Below, in pieces: positions 52,703 to 64,000 of a stretch of DNA of 64,000 nucleotides (positions are counted from its first letter, which is position 1; the number at the start of each line of letters is the position of its first letter). The notes beneath the pieces were generated by a model. That model ran no database searches. It saw nothing but the letters and a program-made list of their open reading frames with translations, and had not been told where the DNA came from. A program made the translations under genes and the position numbers. Location: NCBI GenBank assembly GCA_951406725.2, contig OX597814.1, positions 39,308,001-39,372,000 on the forward strand, given 5' to 3'. Source of the DNA: Octopus vulgaris (Eukaryota).

Positions 52703-55700
52703 TCATGGTTAATATGTAATTTTACAACACTGAAGAGGCAATGTATCTAACAACTTTTTATGCATGTCTACGAACCAGTAGTCCTAATGCTTGTTTTAAG
52801 TAACATGCGTCCAACGACAAGGTAAACGTGTAATAATGAAGTACGCTTGGTGTTGGTATTCTTTAGTAAATAACACATTGTGTAAAAGATTTTATAAGGA
52901 GGCATACGATAATTGCATCATCTTTACGGAGAGACGGTCCAAAGTTAAATATTTGAAATTAAAATAAGATTACTCTGAGATGTTTTATATATGTTAGTGA
53001 AAAATCTAACATTAAAGAGGCAACATACTTTCACCAAAACCTTTTATTTTTCAATAGTATAACATGGACAGCAATGATGTATCTTAATAAAGAGTTCTAA
53101 TAATTTTTCCTGGAAGGCTTAAGGCCTAGTTGTTAAAGTTTAAGGCTCGTGTTCGAAAGGTTGTGGGTTTCATATTTAGCTGGGCAGTGTCCTTCCTCCC
53201 TGAGAAAGTCATTTCATTTCGCGTTGCTTGAATCTAGTTAACAGAAATTGAATATCAACTGATTATGCACCTCTCCCAACAGTAATCACATCAACAATGT
53301 TCCGCAGTCTCAAGGATGGGAGGAACCTAGGGTCTCTACGCATGCTCTCGACTACATAAACACCTAACACAACCTAACACATGAGTAATAATGTGCCACC
53401 TACCAGCTCATCCGCGTTTGCAAGTGAGAGTAAAGCTTATTATTTAAAAAAGTGTAGACGACTGGTCCCGTCGATTGATTAATTCATATGCATGTCCATT
53501 TGCTCTAGCGAGCCCACCGTATCAAAATACTGCTAACACCTATGTGACAAAATTAAATTTTGAAAGTAAGAGGTGACACTCATTTATGTCATGTTACCGT
53601 CCTAATATGATATAGTCATAATTTATTTGTTACATTATTGTCCTACTTCTTCTTCAAAGATTACAAAAAGGAAAACATATATTTACAACGATGAAGTAGA
53701 TGTGATCGGCACAATATACGCATATATGTACTTTTTGAAGTTATTTACATCTCACATAGGAATAACAATAACTGACTTAAACAGTCCGCAGTTTACCTGC
53801 AATTTTAAGAATATGAGGGCGCAATAGATATGCATATATACCTACATCTATACCTACATGCACGCTTGCAAACAGACAAATATTCAGACAGACACACACA
53901 TAGACACACATGCACACATACACATACAAATATATATTTATAATATACGACATCATTTAATTATTGATTTTTTTTTTCGCATTAGCTAAGCTACATAAAA
54001 ATGTAGCATGATAGAATGAGAGATCTGCGTTTATTCCTCCAGCAACAAATTCACTTTCGAGAATTTTCCAGAACTAGTAATCAAAGCAATGACATAAACC
54101 TTGCTCCGCATGAAATGAAATTACCCTCTGATCTTTGAACACAAGTCTTAACGATTCACTTGAGAAAATGAAAAACTTTCTTGTTACGATTATTATTCTA
54201 AGACTCGGTTATCGCATTAATCTGTTTCCAAGGATCGTTACTGTTGTAAGTGAAATAAATGGGATTCAAGCATGACTCGAAACCATTCCGACATTTTAGC
54301 TCTTCCATATATTACCTTTTCCACTACGATGCTCGCTAATGTTTTACAAATTTAGCATAATAGTAGTAAGTACCTAGCTTAGCTTATTACTTTCGAAGTT
54401 ATCTTGTAGTTGTATTTATTTATCTATTTAATGCATATATAAATAAATACACACAGAAGCACCTTTATTCACATGCTAAAAATCAACTCCACACATACAT
54501 ACAGTTGTGAGAAACATGCTTGCGTGTGTGTGTGTGTGTGTGTGCGTGTGTGTTGGTGTGTGTTGGTGTGTATATGTGTGTGGGTTTGTGTGTGAGAGTG
54601 ATTTGTTAGAAAGAAACGCAATGCGTATATTTGGTGAATAAAGTGTCAATCTCCCATGTCCCTTGGGCCTAGAGTTCGTATACCCTTAATGCCTGTATTC
54701 AAAACTGCCTGGAAACTTACCAACAATAACGTGACTAGCTATCTGGTCGGTTCTTGTTTTACTCGCATGAATATTTGAGTTCAAATCTCATAGGATTTTT
54801 AAAAATATGAACCACAAATGGAAAGAAATAAATATTTAATTTCCTCCTTTAAACTTACACGATTTATGATAAGAGGAAATTTCGTGACCGATCATATTCA
54901 ACCAATCCATTTCGGTTCGACAAAAGTTTGATTTCTGCAAATATTGAACTTGTATGATGATGATCATGCATATTTCGAATATCACGGAACAAAAACTTCT
55001 TGAAACAACAAAGAAACGAACTCTGTTTTCGCATTTTTAGGTACAATATCTTATAAGGCATACAGATATTGGGGATAGCTTGTTATATAGTGGTTAGGGG
55101 TGTTTGGCTAACGATGGTAATGTCATGGGTTTCAATTTTTAAACAAGACATCATGTTTTGTTTTTCATGAAGATGCATCATTTCACATTGCTCTTGTCTA
55201 CTCGTCTGTAAGTAAGTACTACGTAAGCTCCGGCTCCTCTGTCTTTTTCCTTCTGTCACACTCTGAAAGTGCCACTCGATCAAAGGATGGGAGAGCTGAA
55301 AAAGCGTCTATGTCTTCTCGCGACTATACAGGCACCTAAAACAATTATGGAAAACATAGGACATGCCATATACGTTTGCGTGTATCTATCCCGAAGCATG
55401 TTATCTGAGCAACAAAGGAAAAAATTAACTTATATCTGTTTTGCTAGGTGACTGGGTCCGACCTTGATACAAGAGAGTAGCAGTTACATACATCTCAAGT
55501 TGAGAAGAAAGGGCAAGCGGGGTCAAGTGAGTAAGCAAGGTAGGTGTGATGTAACTCTTCCCATACATTTGTGTCACAGTATTTGAGGCAACGAAACTCA
55601 ATGTCATTGAGGGACACTGGTAAACCGTTGACCTTCGGATCGTCGTCATCTTCGGAGACCTGGGATTAGAAGCACTAAATTATCTTTCGCTCTCAGCTTC

Positions 55701-58459
55701 AAGTCATGTACTTCTCTGGAATTGTTGTGAGTTTCTTTGTCTAATTCTTGTATGTTCAGTATTTTGTTAGACGGTATTGGTCATAAAAGGTTTTTCTTTA
55801 CCTCCTTTTTAGCATTTTCTAAGCTCTTTTAGTCTTTACAAATATTCCTTCTACTGAAAAATATCTGTCATCATTTAAACAGGTTTCGTATATTTTGTCG
55901 GCAGATAAGAGCTTTTGTCGGCAGATAAGAGCTTTTGTGGTTTGCTCGTGCTTCGTAGCAATTGCCTTACAGTAGTTGCCTTACAGTACACAATATTACT
56001 TAAACTCCAATCACTCCACCGAAAGTTAGCTATGAGAACACTTCTTATAGAGCGGATGTGAACGCAGAAAGGTAGACAATCTCATGCATGCTTGAGATGT
56101 ACATTCATATGGATTACAAGATGAAGAATAAAGTAAATAGAAAACAAAACAGAGCAGATTTTATTCTGTACTCCATGCATTTATGTAACATCAGTAATAT
56201 TTTTAACATAGTCCATTAAAAACACCGTACTCTTCACGGCCAGGTGAAACGAATTGTCCTAGGAGTGAACGAGAGCGAAATCATTGATATTTCACTGTTG
56301 TTAAAGTTCCTCACTGATGTGTACGGGGATTCTTTCATTTGACAATTTGAAATGGCTGGCTTGAAGTATGTATAGATAGCGTAAAGAAAATATGCTGATT
56401 TATAACAAAGACGCACAAGTAAAACAAATTTTCAGGTTTGAATGAAAAGCAGCTCCAAAGCGTGAACATTATCGATGTTGTATACTTAAAGAATGTGTGT
56501 TGTTAAACGCATTTTAGCTGCGCCTTTTCTTCCGGAAAATGTCGTGTAACAGCCGTAGTGTGTTAAAATACATTTTTTGAAAGCCAGGCGAAAGTGATCG
56601 CACGGGAGATGAAAGAGAATGTTAGATATTACTGAAAATATATGTCTCTGTATCTGTGTGTTTTTGAGGGCATGTCTATGTGTAAATGTATAAATGTATA
56701 CACTCACACACACACAGTTATTAATTTCTGAACTCCAGTAAACATAAATGTGTTGTGTTTTGTAAGAGGATCTCTTATTTGCGAAACCCTATTCAAATCA
56801 CATGAAAGAAAATTTAGGAATAACTTCAGGCATTTTTAAATCATTTCATATATCGTCTGACACGACAAAGAACGGAGATCAAATAATTGAATAATGAAGT
56901 GGAATGACACCCAAACTATTGACACAATTTCGGGAAATCAGAAAATATTAGAACGTTCAATATTTCCCAAAATATGAAATGCTTTTTCATGTATAAATAC
57001 TGTCAACTTCTAAAATATTACCAATGTGTGACATTTCAACTTATGTGTGTATGTGTATTTTTTTCCTGTTAAATTCAAAGTTTACTAACTTAAAGGTGAT
57101 TGAGTTAAATATTTCAAGGAATCGATCCTCCCGTTATTCCTAAGCGAGAATGAAACATTAATATTATTAAGGCTTGCTTATATTGTTTTGTTGATATCTG
57201 ATACCAGAAGAATCATGAAGTACAAAACTCTACATTATTACAGGACATACAGATATTAGTATGTAGAAGAGGCCACAACACAACCTGGAAATACAGCAGT
57301 AGATAGAGGAGTAGTTACCGTTGCTAATAAATCTAATCCTAAACTAGCCATTTCAGTAGGAGCAGCAATATCAACTGCTATGACAATGAAAGTTATATCA
57401 ATAGCATTGGCTGTAAAATTTGCATTAAGAACAGTGGCAGCTATAAAACCAGTAACCATAGCAGTAATAATAAAACATGCAATGAAACGTATAGTCTCAG
57501 AAATGAGGAAGAGTGTAGAGAAGGAACAGACGATCAAGAACATATTGGTGACAACAACAGTAAGGCCAACTACAGTAGCAGATCCAATAATTAAGTTTCG
57601 GCCCATTCAATTGCTACTGTATCGGTTCATTCATTGTTACTGAATCTTAGTTTCCGATACGTTACACGAAATGTGCTAACCAATCATTTCTCCTCCAAAT
57701 TGCAGTTTTCCTGAATTCCATCCCACCAATGTTTTTACTACGAGAGTGAACATATAGATTTTCAGATCTATAAAGAGCAGCGGTTCCTCCTCCAGAATGT
57801 CCAAAGTTTCAGGTGCTGCCTCACTTCTTTCAACTAAAAATTACACAGAGCAAACAAAATAGCTGTTGCAGTCACGCTGACATCCGTGGCTACGTGGTTG
57901 TCAGCTTCATTTGAAGTAGCATTTCCAGTACAATATGCAGTTACTAATACAATATTGATTTCGCATATTCTTATAAAACCACCAACCTGTTGTAGAAGGG
58001 TATATTTGACTGAATCAACCCTATGAGTCTAATATTTACTTAATCGCTGGTGGAGGGATTAATGATATAGACATCGATGTTGAGAGACAAAAGTAAATAT
58101 TATAAAACATTTCGTATGGAACTACACTCGTTCTGAGTAACCACAGCCGTCAACAAGTTATATAAAATCGATTGTTGAATTAGAGAGAAGGCCACGAATG
58201 GTTTCGTAAAACACAGGATCGACTGAATATGCTTGTGTATAAATGATACTTACATATTTTCTCTATGAGAAAAAGGAAAAAAAAACAATTGAATTTCAAT
58301 TAGAAATACACTTATAAATATTCCTAGCTCAAATCTGATTCCTTTATATACATACATGTATTTATACATACACACATATATACAAACATACATACATACA
58401 TACTAGCGTGTGTGTGTGTTTGTGTGTGTGTTTGTGTGTGTGTGAATGTCTGTATGATT

Positions 58460-58918
58460 TTATTCTTTTGCATGTATCCGTCATTAAAATGCGGCCATGC
58501 TGGGGCACCACCTTCAAGAATTTTAGTCAAATAAGTCGATCCCTGTAATTTTCATGTTTAAGCTTCGTACATATTCTATCGATCTCTTTAGCCGAACCGC
58601 TATTTTACGAGGATATAAACACACCAACATTGATTATCAGGCTGTGGTCGGGGGAAAACAGAGACACAAATGTACACACACATATATATTTTTTTGTTCT
58701 CTTTCTGTTTATTTCCCCATATTCCATTCTGTTGACGAGCGGAGGCTCGAAACGTAAATGACTTTCCCAATTTCCCGAGCGTTAAACTAAAACACCTGCT
58801 TGTTGTTAATATACCTGTCTTTGACTTTTGTTTTTTTTTGTAAATTTGCCAAAGTTGCCACGCAGTGGGACTAAACACGGAACCGTGCGGTTGGGAAGCA
58901 AGTTTCTTATCACACAGA
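58460..58918 (-). mobile_element. Degraded SINE family A interrupted by a plus-strand hammerhead-bearing repeat (about 58690-58845)
   Basis: gcggccatgctgg..gccgaaccgct..; resumes at ttgccacgcagtgggact..ttatcacacag. Confidence 0.65.
58725..58760 (+). ncRNA. Minimal hammerhead-like motif (variant core)
   Basis: CATT-CTGTTGA-C-GAGC-ggag-GCTC-GAAA-CG-TA-AATG. Confidence 0.45.
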
Positions 58919-58934
58919 CACAGAATACAGCACA

Positions 58935-58967
<33 letters not shown>

Positions 58968-59251
58968 TGTATGTATGTATGTATGTATGTATGTATGTAT
59001 GTATGTATGTATGTATGTATGTACGTATGTATGTATGTACGTATGTATGTATGTGTGTATGTATGTACGCATGTATGTATACATGTATGTATGTATGTAT
59101 GCAAGTATGTATGTATGTATGTATATATATATATATACACATACATAGTCTGTTCGAAGGATACGATTATTTACCAAAAATTCAGTGGAATTCATCCACT
59201 TCTTTTCAAAAGAGACGGTCAATAGCGACGCCTGCTGGGTTCGGCTACACT

Positions 59252-59288
59252 ACATTGATAAGGGGTAAATACCCTGAAACTAGTCTGT
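59252..59288 (+). ncRNA. Degenerate minimal hammerhead-like motif
   Basis: ACA-TTGATAA-GGGGT-aaat-ACCCT-GAAA-CTAG-TC-TGT. Confidence 0.4.
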
Positions 59289-59396
59289 TGATGCCAGACC
59301 AGCAAGGGGAAGCAGATGACGTCCTTTGTTCGAAGGTTATAATGGACACCCTCCGTCCTATTTCTCTAGACTGCCCTGTAAGCTTGGCGATAACTA

Positions 59397-59475
<79 letters not shown>

Positions 59476-60369
59476 GATGTATGAATATATATGTGTTTCT
59501 GCCGCGCGCACTACAACATATGAGTTTATATATGTATGTATATATATGCCATTAAACAGGATTATTCTTTATAATTACTATATACTTGAATATTTTCTCG
59601 GTTTAAGAGAGGTTGATTTCTTCAAATGCGATTTGATATTGCCGGATTTTTCAGAATTCCCCTGTATACGATGCCAGTTACTCTTCACTAATAAAATTTG
59701 TAGATTCGAAGAGGACATAAGTATAAATACAAAGGCAATATCACAATAATACCACAGGAGTTTTTGAATGCCGCTTATGATTTTTTATAGCTAAATTATA
59801 CTACAAACATATGTATGTATATGTATAGATACATACATACATGCATGCATACATACATACATGTGGCATTTCCATTCTCAAATTTCAATAAATATATTTA
59901 TTAGTTTTGTTGAGATTCTTGTGTGCGTGTATGTATGTGTGTGTGTTTGCGTGTGTTTTTTTTTTGTGTGTGTGTATGTGTTTGTGAAGAGACAGATCTG
60001 TCGAAATCATAATGATATCCTTCAAACAGCTCATAATGGATGTATATATTTGATGTGCTTGTTGGCTGTGAACCTCTAGTATCTTGGAGTTTCGATGTTC
60101 GAACTTATTATCATTCGAAATTCTAGTTCTAGTAGGCTTAAAAGTAGTTTAAAAGAATATGCATAGCATTCTACATGTCTACCGCGTAATAAGTGCGTAT
60201 ATACAAGCATAAACATGAAAATATTTGTATTTGTACTCATGGACATATTAAAGAATACATATAAACTCAAACAATGACATTGATATCGCACAGAATATGC
60301 AATTTCAAACACATGCCTACATGCATGCCGGGATGAATTCTTACACATATGCACGCGCGCACACACACA

Positions 60370-60740
60370 GAGCCGTTGATGTTTGCTTCAAAATCATTTG
60401 GTGCCGCGTTGCGTCTCACTGCTTGATACTTTGCGTAGGTACCTTCTACTATAGCCTCCGGCCAATCAAAGCCTTGTGCGAGGACTTGATGGACGGAAAC
60501 TAAAAGAAGCGAGTTGTGTTTGTGCGTGCGTGCGTGTGTGTGTGTGTACTTGTCCTACCGCTTGACAACCAGTTTGGTGTGCTTACTTCCAGTAAACTAG
60601 CAGTTCGTCAAAATTAACTGATACAATACATACTAAGCTTAAACAATAAGTAATGTGATCGATTCGTTCGACTAAGATTTTTTCCGTATTGTGTCCTTGT
60701 ACGCAATTTAATGACTGAAACAAATAAAGGATAAAAGATG
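60370..60740 (+). mobile_element. Degraded SINE family A
   Basis: cttctactatagcctc..aaagccttgtg..gacggaaact.aaagaagc..gcttgacaacc..gactgaaacaaataaag. Confidence 0.7.
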
Positions 60741-60834
60741 TGTGTTTGTATGTGTGTACGTACGTGTCTGTGTGTGTGGGGGGACATGAACTATTACGGG
60801 GTACTTAACATTTATATGCTTTCTTGGTGATGAG

Positions 60835-61150
60835 CATAAAAAAACGATAAACGTCGCCCTTTTCAAGCCTAGCAAGTCTCATGGGCCCGGTTTCCCGGTT
60901 TCTGTGGCATATGTGTTCCTCACCAGCTGAACTGGATACCAGTCCATCGCAGCTTTACTCAAGAAACAGGAAGAGAGAGTGAGACAATGTTGTGGCGAAA
61001 GAGTACAACAGGGGTCACCACCAACCCCAGCCGGAGACTCGTGGAGCTTTTAGGTGTTTTCGCTAAATAAACACACGCAACGCCCGGTCTGGGATTCGAA
61101 ACCGCGATCCTTCGAGTCCGCTCCCCTAACCACTGGGCCATTGCGCCCCC
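60835..61150 (-). mobile_element. tRNA-derived SINE (family D)
   Basis: Minus strand ggggcgcaaTGGCCCAGTGG (A box)..GGTTTCGAATCC (B box), followed by a non-tRNA body. Confidence 0.75.
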
Positions 61151-61393
61151 ACAATGACGAGCATAACACCACATAAAATACATAACTACGTATGTATGCA
61201 CATGTGTATCGATATATTCATGTACTTATGAACCAGTGTAAACATCGATATATATGTCTATGTATATATATATATATCCACACATAAATGTGTGTATGGG
61301 TATATCGTTCTAAGTACGCATGTACATTTGTATATGTTTGTGCTTTTATATATTTACGCACGCCATGTATGTATGTGTGTTTGTGTGTGTGCA

Positions 61394-61775
61394 TACGTGG
61401 TCGGATCAATAAGTATCAGGATTGTTGTCATAGTAACGAAGCTCAAATACGCAGAGTTCAGCTGTTTGGCACAAATTGATCTTCACATATGTTGTGCATG
61501 CGCACTAAATTATAAAGTTCTAGCACACCTCTGCTGATTACAGCAGTGCTTGGAATGAATGTGTGTAGTGTGTGATCGTCGCATTGAACGTAAAAATGAA
61601 AATTGAGCACAGAATGTACCTTTTATAACTTTTGAAGTTTATTACGTGACCTGATGAGGCTCTTTTGCACAGTGCAATGTAGTTGATGTCCTCACATCTT
61701 TCCCCACCCACTAGATAGCAGTGCAGAAGGCAGCCGAAAACTTCTAGTAACATTCCGCATTCCGCAAAGATCACT
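61394..61775 (+). mobile_element. Possible mariner 5' end remnant
   Basis: TA + cgtggtcggatcaataagt TIR-like start; weak M..EHR..F-type transposase N-terminus. Confidence 0.35.
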
Positions 61776-61802
61776 TAAAATATGTGTGTATGTATGTGTG
61801 CA

Positions 61803-61898
<96 letters not shown>

Positions 61899-62899
61899 CG
61901 CGTATTAAAGTATATTATATTATTATACATAGTGTACTTACCTTGATTTTGTTGCATTTTGGTTTAACACAACCAGATCAAATTTGAAATTTAGCTGCCA
62001 CGTGGGGGCTGTCCCCATGCATACATACATGCAAACATGCATACATGCACAAATACATACATATATACATACATGCATGCATGCATACATACATACATAC
62101 ACACATACATACATACATACATACATACATACATGCATACATACATACATGATAGAAGTCGATTCGTGTCCGAGATGACCATCAAACCCATTTCACTCTT
62201 AAGAAGTATTTCGAATTTTGTTTCCCCATCGTTAATAGCGTTTCATTTGTCTCCTTAGGCCTGCAAGGGATTTACAAGACATCTACATTGACCGTCTGAA
62301 TGTTGGGACTTATTATAATAAGGGGTGAGTTCTCTTCCGATCCAGGCACTCTTTTACACAAAGTGCACGTATGCTCATGCTATCACATCAGCAAATGTAT
62401 ATATGATGATTGCTCCATTTTCACAGACGATTGTCGTCTCTCTGAGTTTTCTTGTTGTCAATGCCATATTCCACACTAAGTCTATGATCTCTCAAAGGTG
62501 TATTCACTCCCGCTGCTGATCTGTATGACTTGAAACATAAGTCACATACGAAACCTGTAATTTCCACCGGATTGATCGGATCACATTATAAAATCTGAGC
62601 CACCGTGTGTCTCTTCACTCCCGAAATCACTTTGCATGACTTTTCACATTCTATTACACGATGATTCACCTGGTTTTGGAGAAAGGACGTTGCATACACT
62701 TGATCTTTCACGGATGATTGAATTTCCCAGCTTTCGCAAGAGTACGCAGTCACACGTTTCTCACCACTAACACCTTAGCTTTTCATTGGGGTTCTCATGA
62801 AGCACCCTTTGATGCCAGTACTTTAGGTTTTCGTGCATTAGGTGACCCTTTTCAAAAGTTTTACAAGTTTCACTTATACGCTTCCTCCACTTTTCAATG

Positions 62900-63340
62900 T
62901 TAGTTCTCGGTTCTTTACATGGATTTGCAGTTCCTTTAAGTTGACTTTTATGCAATTTTTGTAATCTTTTCGCGGTGGGTACTCAAGACGCTTTCCAGTG
63001 CACAATGCTTATCCATCGTGCTTTTGTAAGGACTTCTGTGCCATTTGTTTTACCTTGCCACTTGATGCTGAGTATGTCTCTCTCAAACATTTTTTTGTGA
63101 AAGCGTTCAAGGAACTTGAAATGCTTACGGTATACTCTCCATGTTTCAGAAGAGAACAACAGAGCCATTAGTACACACACCTTCTAAACATTCAGATAGG
63201 TCTTGCTAGTGATGCTCTGAATGTCTCCGATTCACTTTTCAGGACTCTCAAATGCTACTGACAATTTCTGAACGCATGGATTTATTTCAGCATCGCATCT
63301 AGGAAGCTATCTATCAAAAATATGCTGGTTCGTCTGGTAC
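62900..63340 (-). mobile_element. RTE-clade LINE 3' fragment
   Basis: LLFSSETWRVYRKHFKFLERFH..ILSIKWQ..TN.EVL resembles the RTE LLYGSETW...LERFH...W.D...N.EVL motif. Confidence 0.7.
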
Positions 63341-63453
63341 AGATGTGAACATTATATATTTCTTTTTTTCTTTTTTACATACATACATACATTCGTAGAT
63401 ACATGCATACTTACATACACACATGCATACATACATACACATATATACATACA

Positions 63454-63487
<34 letters not shown>

Positions 63488-63660
63488 CACACATACACAT
63501 ATATACATACATACATACATACATACACATGAGTTTGGTTGCATTTCATTCGCTTAATTTCCCAAAAGTTTCAGTCTTTAAAATTTCGTTTTTTATGTAT
63601 TTTTAGTCTCATAAATATATTCATTTTATGTAATTCGCGTAGAAAACTATAACTGTATAG

Positions 63661-63985
63661 TGAAGGCGCGTGGCTTAGTGGTTAGGGCATTCGACTGACG
63701 ATTGTAAGTTCGTGAGTTCGATTCCCGGCGATGCGTTGTGTCCTTGAGCAAGACACTTTATTTCACGTTGCTCCAGTTCACTCAGCTGGCAAAAATGAGT
63801 TGTACCTGTTTTTCAAAGGGCCGGCCTTGTCACATTCTGTGTCATGCTGAATCTCCCTGAGAATTACGTTAGAGGTACGCGTGTCTGTAGATTGCTCAGT
63901 CACTTGTCCGTTAATTTCACGAGCAAGCTGTTCCGTTGATCGTATCAGCTGGGACCCTCATCGTCGTAACCGACGGAGTGCTCCT
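63661..63985 (+). mobile_element. tRNA-derived CORE-like SINE (family C)
   Basis: A box TGGCTTAGTGG, B box GAGTTCGATTC, CORE-like ttgtgtccttgagcaagacactt; inverted homolog at 8521..8837. Confidence 0.88.
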
Positions 63986-64000
63986 ATCCTATATCTGCGT

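Noticed and set aside
54880-55760. Non-repetitive, coding-like composition on the minus strand
   Set aside because: Many stops and no motif I can recognise; needs a translated search
57256-57643. Ala/Val/Thr-rich ORFs on both strands
   Set aside because: Decayed GCA/GTA/ACA trinucleotide low-complexity sequence; no recognisable domain
58865-59749. 294-aa ORF
   Set aside because: Chance read-through of a SINE piece, microsatellites and a repeat fragment
63661-63730. tRNA-like A/B boxes (also near 24830-24890 and 61090-61150)
   Set aside because: SINE heads continuing into SINE bodies; no complete cloverleaf, so not called tRNA genes

Overview
Eukaryotic, AT-rich, microsatellite-saturated non-coding DNA. 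The SINE and microsatellite complement looks octopus/coleoid-like, which is an inference from recalled repeat families and not a database result. No recognisable host protein gene is present; there is only one candidate 63-nt exon. The window is a graveyard of mobile elements: two inverted copies of a CR1-like APE-RT LINE (one with an intact ORF2), several R4/Dong-like RLE LINE fragments, a Penelope-like RT/GIY-YIG fragment, RTE and mariner remnants, at least four tRNA-derived SINE families, and Mutator- and hAT-type MITEs with TSDs. The most interesting observations are: (1) the LINE ORF2 has no usable AUG but overlaps a CCCH-zinc-finger ORF1 in the -1 frame, with a correctly phased U_UUU_UUA slippery heptamer (kept in both copies) followed by a hairpin, suggesting gag-pol-like -1 ribosomal frameshifting in a non-LTR retrotransposon; (2) a set of short elements, often beside (TA)n tracts, carrying minimal type I hammerhead ribozyme motifs, one with a perfect catalytic core and one fused to a tRNA-like head; (3) a patchwork templated insertion next to a MITE. 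Most ORFs in the supplied track are microsatellite artefacts.
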